64,000 bases of DNA from contig CAVGIM010000003.1 of NCBI GenBank assembly GCA_963629575.1, positions 6,770 to 70,769 of the forward strand, read 5' to 3'. Made by a program: the position numbers and the translations under genes. The notes beneath the pieces are model-generated. The model was not told where the DNA came from, did no database searches, and worked only from the letters and a program-made list of their open reading frames with translations. Shown one piece after another: positions 9,357 to 18,152 of the stretch; position 1 is the stretch's first letter, and every line of letters begins with the position of its first letter. The stretch is from Candidatus Methanomethylophilaceae archaeon (GTDB lineage Bacteria; Fibrobacterota; Fibrobacteria; Fibrobacterales; Fibrobacteraceae).

Positions 9357-10790
9357 CTTCTTGACCCAGATTCTTCCATCGACGATTTCGGTAACGCAGA
9401 CGGTTTCGCCTGCGTTTATCATATCGCCCTTTGTCTGTACATCGATAGACTTGTTGCCGAATCTCGCATGTCCTACGGGGCGAAGCGGGGTTTCGGCCTC
9501 TCCCTTTTCTCCGACATGGATCTCGATGATGTCTTCTGTCGGGGATTTGGCGGATTCGAGATCCGTCTTGAGCATTGGGGTCCAGCCTTCGGGAAGAAGG
9601 GGTATCAGGTACTTGGACGCGAAAAGGGGGAAGATTATCGCGAGAAGCGCACAGGCGGTCACATAGAGGACAATGGGAAACAGGGTGGTCGGATCGCCGG
9701 AATCCGCTCCGGGAACAAACGAGGGAAGCGAGGAAAAATCGAACGCCAGGATGACGGCCGCACCCATGCAGAGTATGCCCAGAATGCCACAGACAAAAGT
9801 CCCCGGGATGACAAGAATTTCCACGGCGAAGAGACCGGCGCCGATAACGAGCAGGGCGATTGGCAGGTAGCTGTCTAGGTGGTGTACGTATTGCCCGAGG
9901 AAGACAGTCGCAATCAGGATAATTCCCACAATGCCAAAGACTCCAAAGCCAGGCGTCTTGAATTCGATGTAGAGCGCACCGAATCCGAGAACGAGAAGGA
10001 TTCCGGAAATTCCCGCGATGAAGCGCGCAAGACTTTCACTCCAGGTAATCTCGATTTCGTGGCTGCTTTCGATGCCGAGTCGCTTTTCGAAATCGGCGCG
10101 ATTCTCGGGGGTTCCCCTGGAGAAATGCAACGCGACGGCTTCTTCGTCGGTCATCGTCAAAAGCTCGCCGGAATCGACTAGAACTTTTGGCGTTCCCCAG
10201 AAAGCCTTGTCCTGCTTGCTCCATTTGGCGTATTTGGATGCTTCGACGGCGATGGTGGAATCTTTCCTGGAAAGTTCATATACGGCAAGGTCCGGGGAGA
10301 CCATCGCCATGGAGAGGAGTTCCGGGTATCCGTTCTTTTGGGCGAGATTGCGAAATTTTGCCCGGAGCGGGGACTGAATCTTTTCCCCGACGATTTGCGG
10401 CGTTCCGTCGCTGTTCTGGACAATCGGGGCGCAGTCTCCGATGGTCGTTCCGGGAAGCATGTAGAGGTCCTTGCTCGAAAGGGCGATGAGAGCGCCTGCG
10501 CTGATAGCTTTCCTGGATACGAAGGCGACTGTCTTTGAATTCTTTATCCCCATGATCGTATCGACGATGTCGAATGCCGCATCGAGCCTTCCGCCAAAGG
10601 TGTTGATTTCGAATACGATGTAGTCGGGATTTCTTTTGACGGCGTCTCCGATGGCGCGGGCGGCGTATTCATACATTCCCGGATCGACGTCGCCTTCGAG
10701 GGTTATCCATGCGGCGGATTTTCCCCACGAGAAGCCGAGGCAGATGAAGAGCGAGCAGAAAATAACTTGTACGAAATTCTTGATGGTCAT
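9333..10790 (-). CDS. nfeD: NfeD family membrane-bound serine protease (ClpP class, long form)
   Basis: Signal peptide, INTFGG, AISAGALI, EKI, a TM block containing IEFKTPGFG, and a C-terminal OB domain (TPLRPVG). Confidence 0.88.
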   Translation of the reverse strand: MTIKNFVQVIFCSLFICLGFSWGKSAAWITLEGDVDPGMYEYAARAIGDAVKRNPDYIVFEINTFGGRLDAAFDIVDTIMGIKNSKTVAFVSRKAISAGALIALSSKDLYMLPGTTIGDCAPIVQNSDGTPQIVGEKIQSPLRAKFRNLAQKNGYPELLSMAMVSPDLAVYELSRKDSTIAVEASKYAKWSKQDKAFWGTPKVLVDSGELLTMTDEEAVALHFSRGTPENRADFEKRLGIESSHEIEITWSESLARFIAGISGILLVLGFGALYIEFKTPGFGVFGIVGIILIATVFLGQYVHHLDSYLPIALLVIGAGLFAVEILVIPGTFVCGILGILCMGAAVILAFDFSSLPSFVPGADSGDPTTLFPIVLYVTACALLAIIFPLFASKYLIPLLPEGWTPMLKTDLESAKSPTEDIIEIHVGEKGEAETPLRPVGHARFGNKSIDVQTKGDMINAGETVCVTEIVDGRIWVKKSDDFPVT

Positions 10791-10920
10791 TCGAAAATTC
10801 CCGAAAAGTGTCCTGTTTCCTTTTTAATTTAAACTTTTTGACTTTGCCGGGCAAGAGCCGGTTGTCTGGGAGCAAATGTCATCTAGGTTCAAACGTCAAG
10901 CGGATCGCTGGGATTTCTAC

Positions 10921-11415
10921 CTACTTTTTCAGCCAGGGTTTTCCGCCGATTCTTCGAAGTCCCTGGACTTTCGCGAGAACGGCCTTGTCCGCGTGGAGAA
11001 TCTTTGTGAGCGCGGTCGGGGAAAGTCCGAAAGCCCGGGCCGCTTCCCGGGTGTCGCCTCCGTTTGCGCTTACGATGTCGAGGACATCCGCGATAAATTG
11101 CGGATACAGCTCGTTGGATGGCTGGACGTGTCCCATGCTTCCGGGAAATTTCAGCGCTTCGCGCGGCTTGGGCGCTTCGCGGACGCTGAGCGCGATGGCA
11201 AGCCGCATCCGATGGAGCGCATGGAGCTTGTTTTCGCTTGCGCTCCGACTTTCGCACGATTTGATTGCTAAATTGAATTCGCACAGCCGAAGATCGACAC
11301 CGGAATTTGTCTTGTTGCGGAATTGTCCGCCGGGACCGCTTCCTTGGAATCCTGTGACCTTGCAGGCACGGAGCAGTTCGTCTAGAGGCATTTTTAGATA
11401 GGTATCGCGATGCAT
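10921..11415 (-). CDS. Peptide chain release factor-like protein (RF-1 GGQ domain plus C-terminal HTH-like region)
   Basis: GSGPGGQFRNKTNSGVDL and ESRSASENK. Start placed at MHRDTY (11415), 9 nt after a TATATT box. Confidence 0.8.
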   Translation of the reverse strand: MHRDTYLKMPLDELLRACKVTGFQGSGPGGQFRNKTNSGVDLRLCEFNLAIKSCESRSASENKLHALHRMRLAIALSVREAPKPREALKFPGSMGHVQPSNELYPQFIADVLDIVSANGGDTREAARAFGLSPTALTKILHADKAVLAKVQGLRRIGGKPWLKK

Positions 11416-12141
11416 TGCTTTCAAAATATAGCTTTCGGCGCAAAGAGCCTTCGCCGCTTTCTCGTGGCGAGTTCTCTTTCCTTGCTTGTCGCCTGCGCCG
11501 GTTCCACGGCGGAGGTCTCGTCGGATGCCGTCACTTATCGGCAAACCGAGGAACAAAAGCTTTTGCAACTCGAAGAAACCTTCAGGACGATTCGAGAAAA
11601 GGTTTCGGCAAGCATCCCTCCGGAATCCCTTCTTGCCTACATCACGGACACTTCGTACTACTATGCCGATACGCTGCAGCGTTACGCTCTGGAAATGCCC
11701 GCGGAACGCGTCGAACAGCTTCCGTTAGGCGAAATGCTTGCGGTCCTTATCTACCGGATTTTCGACCGGGAACGCGCCTGGGATCCCAACATGAACGAGG
11801 ATTTTCGGATGCTTTCGCTCCTTACGGGAAAGAACGGTGTCATCCAGCGGACTGCCGGGCTTAAGCTTGGCCCGTTTGAAGTCAAGAAGGATAGGGGAAG
11901 CGTGGGACTCTCTTCCAGTCCGAAAGTTCCCGTCATCATTTTCGAATGGGACGATTCCAGCTGGAAACTGGATTTGAAGGCGACGCTTCCGCTGGTGACA
12001 AAGGGGCTCGAAAGCATCGGGGTCAAGAAGAAGTGGACGACGAAGGAACTCGCCCTTTATCTGCTCGAAAAGGAGTTCCACTATGTCTATACGGATATCG
12101 CGTTTGACGATTCCCTTTTAGATCCCTATTCGACGTTTTAG
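11410..12141 (+). CDS. Hypothetical lipoprotein (start uncertain)
   Basis: Basic/hydrophobic N-region with lipobox LVAC; 243-aa ORF ending 8 nt before the NUDIX gene. Confidence 0.6.
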   Translation: MHCFQNIAFGAKSLRRFLVASSLSLLVACAGSTAEVSSDAVTYRQTEEQKLLQLEETFRTIREKVSASIPPESLLAYITDTSYYYADTLQRYALEMPAERVEQLPLGEMLAVLIYRIFDRERAWDPNMNEDFRMLSLLTGKNGVIQRTAGLKLGPFEVKKDRGSVGLSSSPKVPVIIFEWDDSSWKLDLKATLPLVTKGLESIGVKKKWTTKELALYLLEKEFHYVYTDIAFDDSLLDPYSTF

Positions 12142-12149
12142 TTTCGCCT

Positions 12150-12713
12150 ATGTGTAAACACAAGTTAAGGCCATGGAAAATTCTAGGCTCGGAAACGCTG
12201 CTCGATACGCGATTCCTAAAAGTACAGCGGGAAACGTGCGAGCTTTCGAGTGGAAAGACGATTCCGGATTTCTATACGCTTTGGCAGCCGGACTGGGTTC
12301 TTGTCCTTGCGCAAGATGCGGAGGGTCTTTGGCTGATGGAGCGCCAATATCGCCATGGCACGAAGAAAATTTCTCTGGAATTCCCAGCGGGGATTCTTGA
12401 AGCGGATGAGTCGCCGATCGATGCCGCCAGGCGGGAACTTCAGGAAGAGTGCGCTTTTGCCGGAGGAAATTTCGAATTTCTCGCCGAACTGCCGATGAAT
12501 CCCGATCGCCATCGGGGACGGTTCCTTGTCGTTCGGGCGACAGGCGTTACGCAAAGCGGAAAAACGCATTTCGATTCGTGCGAGGATATCGAAACGCTTC
12601 GCCTTTCGACGGAAGAAGTCCTGAAGCGGATGCGTTCTGGCGAGATAGACCATCCGCACCAGATTGCCGCATTTTTTCTTTACGGCTTGAACCGTTTCGA
12701 AACGAACCCATGA
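12150..12713 (+). CDS. NUDIX hydrolase (ADP-ribose pyrophosphatase-like)
   Basis: RQYRH, LEFPAG and Nudix box GILEADESPIDAARRELQEECA. Confidence 0.9.
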   Translation: MCKHKLRPWKILGSETLLDTRFLKVQRETCELSSGKTIPDFYTLWQPDWVLVLAQDAEGLWLMERQYRHGTKKISLEFPAGILEADESPIDAARRELQEECAFAGGNFEFLAELPMNPDRHRGRFLVVRATGVTQSGKTHFDSCEDIETLRLSTEEVLKRMRSGEIDHPHQIAAFFLYGLNRFETNP

Positions 12714-13585
12714 AGCGTACCATTTTTAAAACGGAAATTCTCGGGCATTCGCTTTCGCGGAAAAATTCGGGAGCTCGGATCGTTTGCGACAGAGAGGCGC
12801 CTCCCCGAGTGAGATGGATAGCCTCATCCGGGGAAACGCTCTGGAATTCACTGGAAATGACTTCCTTTTTTAAACTGGAATTTTTTGCGAACCGTTCGAC
12901 CGGACTTTTCAAGAATCTGTACTCTTCGATTTCTACCGTGGAGCATCTCGCCCCGGTTCTCTTGCTCTATCCGCATTCCAGCCTGGAAATTTACGCCCTT
13001 GCCGAGGACCTTCCGATTTTGGACGGAAGCGCCTATCCGTGGTATGAAGCGGTTCGAAAGATTGCGGGGATTCCGCAGGAACTTGCGTTTTACGAGGTGC
13101 CGATTCGGGAACGACTGGAATGGGACGGTGGTTTTTTCGAAATCTCTCCGGCGGAAACTCTCGAAATCGAATATTCCATTTCGCACGGAAGCGTTTCGGA
13201 TAGCGCCTTTGTCGCGATTTACGATGCGGAAGACTTGGTGAAAATTTTCCCTGCGCGGACATTTATCTTTGAAGAAGACTTGAAAAATGCCCGGGCAAAG
13301 GGACAGCTCGCCTTTGCGGACGAGCGGTCCGGGATGCTCCTTGCGGAAAAAAAGGGAACTGCCGTGCCGATAGCTGGCGGCCCGTTTCGGATGGAAAGCG
13401 AGCCTGTTTACCATAAAATTCTCGATCTGATCGGAGACATTTCCCTGCCCATGCCTTTTTTACCTAGATTGAGAATCCGAATACACAACGGTGGGCATGT
13501 CGCTCATCGGAAACTTTTAGTGAGGTTGATGGATTATGCTTTTAGAAACGCTTCCCAAGTCTGGCAAGCCGGGCGTCCTGTATGA
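12710..13585 (+). CDS. lpxC: UDP-3-O-acyl-N-acetylglucosamine deacetylase (divergent)
   Basis: ISTVEHL, PILDGSA, ARTF, HKILDLIGD and GGH motifs; ATGA overlap with the NUDIX stop. Confidence 0.85.
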   Translation: MKRTIFKTEILGHSLSRKNSGARIVCDREAPPRVRWIASSGETLWNSLEMTSFFKLEFFANRSTGLFKNLYSSISTVEHLAPVLLLYPHSSLEIYALAEDLPILDGSAYPWYEAVRKIAGIPQELAFYEVPIRERLEWDGGFFEISPAETLEIEYSISHGSVSDSAFVAIYDAEDLVKIFPARTFIFEEDLKNARAKGQLAFADERSGMLLAEKKGTAVPIAGGPFRMESEPVYHKILDLIGDISLPMPFLPRLRIRIHNGGHVAHRKLLVRLMDYAFRNASQVWQAGRPV

Positions 13586-14015
13586 TTACGAGTCCATTCT
13601 CCGGATCTTGCCGCACCGTTACCCGTTTCTTTTTATCGACCAGGTGCTATCCCTAGACGTTTCGTCCGAGGTGCCGTCGATTGTCTGCGCGAAGAACGTG
13701 TCGTTCAACGAACCGTTTTTTCAGGGACATTTTCCGGGTGAACCCGTGATGCCGGGGGTAATCCAGATAGAAACGATGGCGCAGGCCGGTGCGATTCTTG
13801 CCGGACTTCGCTACGAGGAGGAATGTGCGGGAAAGCGGCCGGCGTTCATGGGCGTCGATTCTTGCCGCTTTCGCAAGCCGGTCCGTCCGGGAGACCGCTT
13901 GGATGTGCGCGTGACGCTTGACAAAATGCGTCGCGGGATTCTCTTTTTTACGGGAGAAATCCGCTCGGACGATGCGCCTGTCTGTAGCGCGACATTTACC
14001 GCGACGATGATTTAA
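13536..14015 (+). CDS. fabZ: 3-hydroxyacyl-ACP dehydratase
   Basis: LPHRYPFLFID, FFQGHFPGEPVMPGV, FRKPVRPGD. Confidence 0.96.
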   Translation: MLLETLPKSGKPGVLYDYESILRILPHRYPFLFIDQVLSLDVSSEVPSIVCAKNVSFNEPFFQGHFPGEPVMPGVIQIETMAQAGAILAGLRYEEECAGKRPAFMGVDSCRFRKPVRPGDRLDVRVTLDKMRRGILFFTGEIRSDDAPVCSATFTATMI

Positions 14016-14050
14016 TCCTTGAATATTTTTTTTACAAATTAATTTATACG

Positions 14051-14079
14051 AAAAATCCCTCGCCTTGGCGAGGGATTTT
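14051..14079. terminator. Bidirectional Rho-independent terminator
   Basis: AAAATCCCTCGCC-TT-GGCGAGGGATTTT between convergent fabZ and the GH5 gene. Confidence 0.85.
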
Positions 14080-14093
14080 GATTGGCTGTCGAG

Positions 14094-15965
14094 TTACTTT
14101 ATCTGGATTGTCCGGTGAGCGTTGAAGCCGTTACCCTTGACGCGTACGAGATAGACGCCTTGGGAAATTCTGGAAAGATCGAACCGATGCGTTCCTGCGG
14201 AAAGAGTTCCGTGGTGCAGGGAAGCGAGAAGCGAACCGTTTAGCGAGTAGATGCCGACGGAAACATTTCCCGGCTGCGCGATGGAAAGCTCCAGGGTGTT
14301 TCCGGCGAGATGCATTGCCTGGCCGACGATCTTTCTTTGAGAAATTCCCGCGATGTAGTCTTCGTTGTTGAAGACAATCTTGATTTCGGGAATCATCTCT
14401 TCCGTGTTGCCGTAGCTCCGGGAGAAAGCATCGTATTTGTCCGTGTTAAAGTTGAATAGCGTATCGCCTGCGACGATGTCGTCATAGAGGATTGTTCCCG
14501 TATAGCCTGCCGCATAGTTTGCGATGATGACGCTGCGCGTCTGGTTCCTGTCGGCGGCTCCGGAAATATCGTATGAACAGGTTTTCTTTTCGCCAGCCGC
14601 GACTGTGCACTCTCCGTCGATTTCGGTCCATGTCCAGGCGTCGGTGAGCTTTAGGATGAGGTAGAGTTTCGCGTCGGTTGTTCCGTTGTTCTTGGCGACG
14701 AACGAGAGCGTGCTCGCACTTCCCAAGTCAAATGTCTTCTGGTATTCGATCTGGGCGTTGTCATCGCCATACGTGACCGCCATCATGCCGTTTCCCGTTG
14801 CGTCCTCAATGACGACATCCTTGATCTTGATGTTTGCGGAATCGGTCTTGTAGAGCGCTTTCATCGCGAGGAGGGCCGGGTCGATTGTGTAGGAATATCC
14901 TCCGAATTGTTCTTCGGTCTTGTCTCCGATGTATTGCCAGGCAAGCGCTCCGGCGTATCCACCGTCAAAGGCTTTACGGTAACATTCCTCGGTGGAAATT
15001 TCCGTCTTGGCTGCCATGGAAGACGTGTAGGTGTCCCCCGTCCATCCGCTCGCCGGGAATTCGCCGATAATCATCGGCTTGCTGTCGTAACCGTAGGTGG
15101 CGGCCATCTGGGCTGCGGTATTCACGAACGGAGAGACTGCGTCCGCTTGCCAGTAGGGATAGTAGTGCGTCTGGAAAAAGTCGAGCGTCCCGTTTTGTTC
15201 GCCGCCCGCTGCGACGAGAGCCGCATCGTTCCAGTGCTTTTGATATTGGATGTTTACGCTGCCGGTGGAAACGAGAAGCTTGGGATCTACCGTGTGGATG
15301 GCGGCGGCAACCTTGTTCGTAAATTTCTGGATCTTGGCGAGTTCCATTTTTTTGGTGGTCCAGCCGCCGCATTCGGTGGTCATGCCTTCCGGTTCGTTGA
15401 AAACTTCCCAGGTCATGAGCGCGTTGTGGTTTCCGATAGCCTTGACGACCGGGGAAAGGACATTGTCGATAAAGGCTTTGGTTCCGTCATCGTCAAAAAG
15501 TTTCCGGTTCGCTGCGCTATCGAGCTTGTCCCCTGCATAGATTCCCCATTGGTTCGGTTCCATCAGGTTGTGGCTGAAAAGGCACATCGATACCATGACG
15601 CCGTATTCCTCGGCGATGTCGAGAGCCTTTTTCATGTTGGCGATGGTGTTTGTCTTGAGGCCCGAGACGAGGTGGGTCGTTTCGTCGATTGCCGGGCTTT
15701 GGCTCATGTTGTTGAAGAGCCACCAGCGGATGGCGTTTCCGCCTGCGGCGCGCGTCCCTTCGACTGCCTTGCGCCAGGCGTTTTCGTCGAGCGGGCTATC
15801 GCCTACGTCGGAGTTGTAATCCGCCCAGGCGAGGTTCGTTCCGCTGAAGAAAATTTTCTTTCCGTTGTATTGCAGTTCGGTGCCGTTTACGGTGAGGCCC
15901 GGAGCCGCATAGAGCATTCCTGTCGCAATGCTCGCCAAGGCCAAGGTTTTGATCCAAAGATTCAT
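14094..15965 (-). CDS. Secreted GH5 glycoside hydrolase, probable endo-beta-mannanase (GH5_10-like), with CBM-like module and C-terminal basic sorting-type module
   Basis: Signal peptide; NAIRWWLF, WEVFNEPEG (acid/base), QTHYY, IIGEF (nucleophile), GALAW; C-terminal GIYSLNG...SQGVYLVRV. Confidence 0.85.
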   Translation of the reverse strand: MNLWIKTLALASIATGMLYAAPGLTVNGTELQYNGKKIFFSGTNLAWADYNSDVGDSPLDENAWRKAVEGTRAAGGNAIRWWLFNNMSQSPAIDETTHLVSGLKTNTIANMKKALDIAEEYGVMVSMCLFSHNLMEPNQWGIYAGDKLDSAANRKLFDDDGTKAFIDNVLSPVVKAIGNHNALMTWEVFNEPEGMTTECGGWTTKKMELAKIQKFTNKVAAAIHTVDPKLLVSTGSVNIQYQKHWNDAALVAAGGEQNGTLDFFQTHYYPYWQADAVSPFVNTAAQMAATYGYDSKPMIIGEFPASGWTGDTYTSSMAAKTEISTEECYRKAFDGGYAGALAWQYIGDKTEEQFGGYSYTIDPALLAMKALYKTDSANIKIKDVVIEDATGNGMMAVTYGDDNAQIEYQKTFDLGSASTLSFVAKNNGTTDAKLYLILKLTDAWTWTEIDGECTVAAGEKKTCSYDISGAADRNQTRSVIIANYAAGYTGTILYDDIVAGDTLFNFNTDKYDAFSRSYGNTEEMIPEIKIVFNNEDYIAGISQRKIVGQAMHLAGNTLELSIAQPGNVSVGIYSLNGSLLASLHHGTLSAGTHRFDLSRISQGVYLVRVKGNGFNAHRTIQIK

Positions 15966-16110
15966 GGTTTCTCCTGAAAAGGGATTTTTTTAGAGGTTCC
16001 CTTTAGTAAAATAGTTCAAAATTCGCGAAGTTTTTCCGGCAATGTTCAAATATTCAAAAAAAATCCCCCGCGAACACGGGGAATTGGAAAGAAATGGGGA
16101 ATCTCGAAAA

Positions 16111-17961
16111 CTACCGGACGACAATCTTTCTGTTCTCGATGCCGAAACCGCTTTCGATTCGTACCCAGTAAATGCCCTGGGAAAGTCTGGAAAGATCCAT
16201 GGCGTGTGTCCCTGCCGAAAGGCTCCCGAATGTCTGGACACGCTTCCCCGAAACCGAATAGACGGATACGCGGGACGTTCCCTGTAACGTGAACTGGAGC
16301 GTCTTTCCGGAACTCGCGACGTGCGAAGCCTGGGAGCGGGATTTCGCGGAAACCTTTGTCGTGTAGTCTTTCCAGCCGGGCATGCTTTCGAGCTTGACGA
16401 TTCGGTCGTCGGCGAGATTCTTTTTCCATACTTCGTTGGATGTCTGGTTGAGGAATCCGCTGCTCCACGTGTTATACCAGGGCATCCAGAAGCTCCAGGC
16501 GGCGCCGTCGTCGAACGTGCTGTCTACGTCGGGTATCGGGCCGTTCTCGGTGAGCGCCAGGAGCTTGTTCGCTCCGATGGTCTCGACCATCTTGTTGAAA
16601 TAGTTGACGTTCGACTGGTGGTCTCCGGAGTTGTTGTAGATATCGATGCCGACGATATCGACATATTCGTCTCCCGGATACCATTCGGGATTCAGGGCAT
16701 TGTAATCGTAGCCTATTGTCGGGTCGCGTTCGATGTTCCACGTCCACAGGGCGTTCTTTACGCCGTTCACGTTTACCATTCGGTCATAGACTAGCCTGTA
16801 GAGCTCTTTGTAGCAGTCCGGCCCGCCGACACCCCACCAGAACCATCCGCCCGCGGCTTCGTGGAGCGGACGCCAGACAATGGCGACGCCTTCTTCCTGG
16901 AGCTTGAGGAAACGCGTTGAAATCTTGTCCACGTCGGTCATCAGAATCTGGTAGGTTTCGGATTCCGTATTGACGGCTTCGCACTTGTCGCCGGTGAAGG
17001 CCTTGGTAAAGTTGAAGCACGTGTTGTCGTTCGATGTGGCCGATACGCCATCGGTGCAGCCTTCGGCGTTGAATCCTTTTGACTTGGTATAGAAAATGGT
17101 GTCGGTGCCGGGTTTCCAGTGCCACGTGAATGCCGGAATGCCGCCGAAATTCCAGAGTTCCTTGGCCATGCGGATGTTGTTGTCCGTATAGCCGCTGAAC
17201 CATCCTTCGTCGGAATGTCCTCCGGTGGCAAACAGCATGTCGAAACCGCCAAGCGCCGGGTAGTAGCCGGTGCGCGTCTTGAACTCGGCGATGTCCTGCT
17301 GGCCTTTCCATTGCGTACTTTCGTCCGTGTTCGAGCAGCTGTCGCTTGCAACGCAGGTTTCGATCAGGTAGCTGTCTTCGAGGGTCGCGCCGTAATGGTA
17401 GTTGAACGTGTTGTCTCCTATCATCATGCCGCTGACCGTTCTTTTGCCGAAGTTCTCGGTGAGAAAGGCCTTGAGCTTGTAGGCGCTTTCTGTCGCTCCC
17501 GGGGTGACAGGCTTTGCGTCGAGCGAAAACGTCGGATTCGCGTGGGCGGCCACGTCGATGTAGTCGATGTTGAGCGTTCCGCCGGTGACGCTTACCGTGT
17601 TCTTTCCCACGGCGAACTTTCCGGAGACCGCAATCGTGTAATGCGTGTAGAGGCTGTCGGGAGAATTGGTGAGGGTCGAGGCGAGCTGCTTGCCGTTGAC
17701 GGAAACGTTCGTGTTGAACCAGTCGTATTGCCTGACGGAGATGGGGAGCGTGATGTCGTAGATTCCCGCCTTTTCGACCGTTACCTGAAATTCGATCTGG
17801 TTCGCGTTGACGCATTTTCCGCCGGAGCACGATGCGCTGTCGATGACGGTCGCGCCTGTTGGAAGGGTGGCGTCTTCGGCTTCGTAGCGGACCGTTTCCG
17901 CATGTGCCGCACTTGCCAGGGCGAGCGCAAGGCCCGCCGCGAGGGTCTTTTTAAAATCCAT
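16111..17961 (-). CDS. Secreted GH26 beta-mannanase with N-terminal CBM35/CBM6-like module
   Basis: YEAEDA N-terminal module; FTWHW, WRPLHEAAGGWFWWG, WYPGDEYVDIVGIDIY, ALTENG; GGAG RBS before ATG 17961. Confidence 0.92.
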   Translation of the reverse strand: MDFKKTLAAGLALALASAAHAETVRYEAEDATLPTGATVIDSASCSGGKCVNANQIEFQVTVEKAGIYDITLPISVRQYDWFNTNVSVNGKQLASTLTNSPDSLYTHYTIAVSGKFAVGKNTVSVTGGTLNIDYIDVAAHANPTFSLDAKPVTPGATESAYKLKAFLTENFGKRTVSGMMIGDNTFNYHYGATLEDSYLIETCVASDSCSNTDESTQWKGQQDIAEFKTRTGYYPALGGFDMLFATGGHSDEGWFSGYTDNNIRMAKELWNFGGIPAFTWHWKPGTDTIFYTKSKGFNAEGCTDGVSATSNDNTCFNFTKAFTGDKCEAVNTESETYQILMTDVDKISTRFLKLQEEGVAIVWRPLHEAAGGWFWWGVGGPDCYKELYRLVYDRMVNVNGVKNALWTWNIERDPTIGYDYNALNPEWYPGDEYVDIVGIDIYNNSGDHQSNVNYFNKMVETIGANKLLALTENGPIPDVDSTFDDGAAWSFWMPWYNTWSSGFLNQTSNEVWKKNLADDRIVKLESMPGWKDYTTKVSAKSRSQASHVASSGKTLQFTLQGTSRVSVYSVSGKRVQTFGSLSAGTHAMDLSRLSQGIYWVRIESGFGIENRKIVVR

Positions 17962-18105
17962 AAGCACTCCTGTTTTGATACTCCCATAATCTACTTAAAA
18001 AATGCGGATTGTCGAAATCGAATTTTCGGGAACCTCTAAAAATAGCCTTGGCGAAGAAAATTGAATTCCTGGAGGCGGCCTTTAGGAAAATGATAAGGGA
18101 CGAAA

Positions 18106-18131
18106 ACGAAAAGGGCGCCCTTTCGAGCGCC
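18106..18131 (-). terminator. Probable terminator between the GH26 genes
   Basis: Imperfect GGGCGC...GCGCCC hairpin followed by a T-run on the minus strand. Confidence 0.45.
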
Positions 18132-18152
18132 CCCTGAAAAGAAAGGCTTGGG

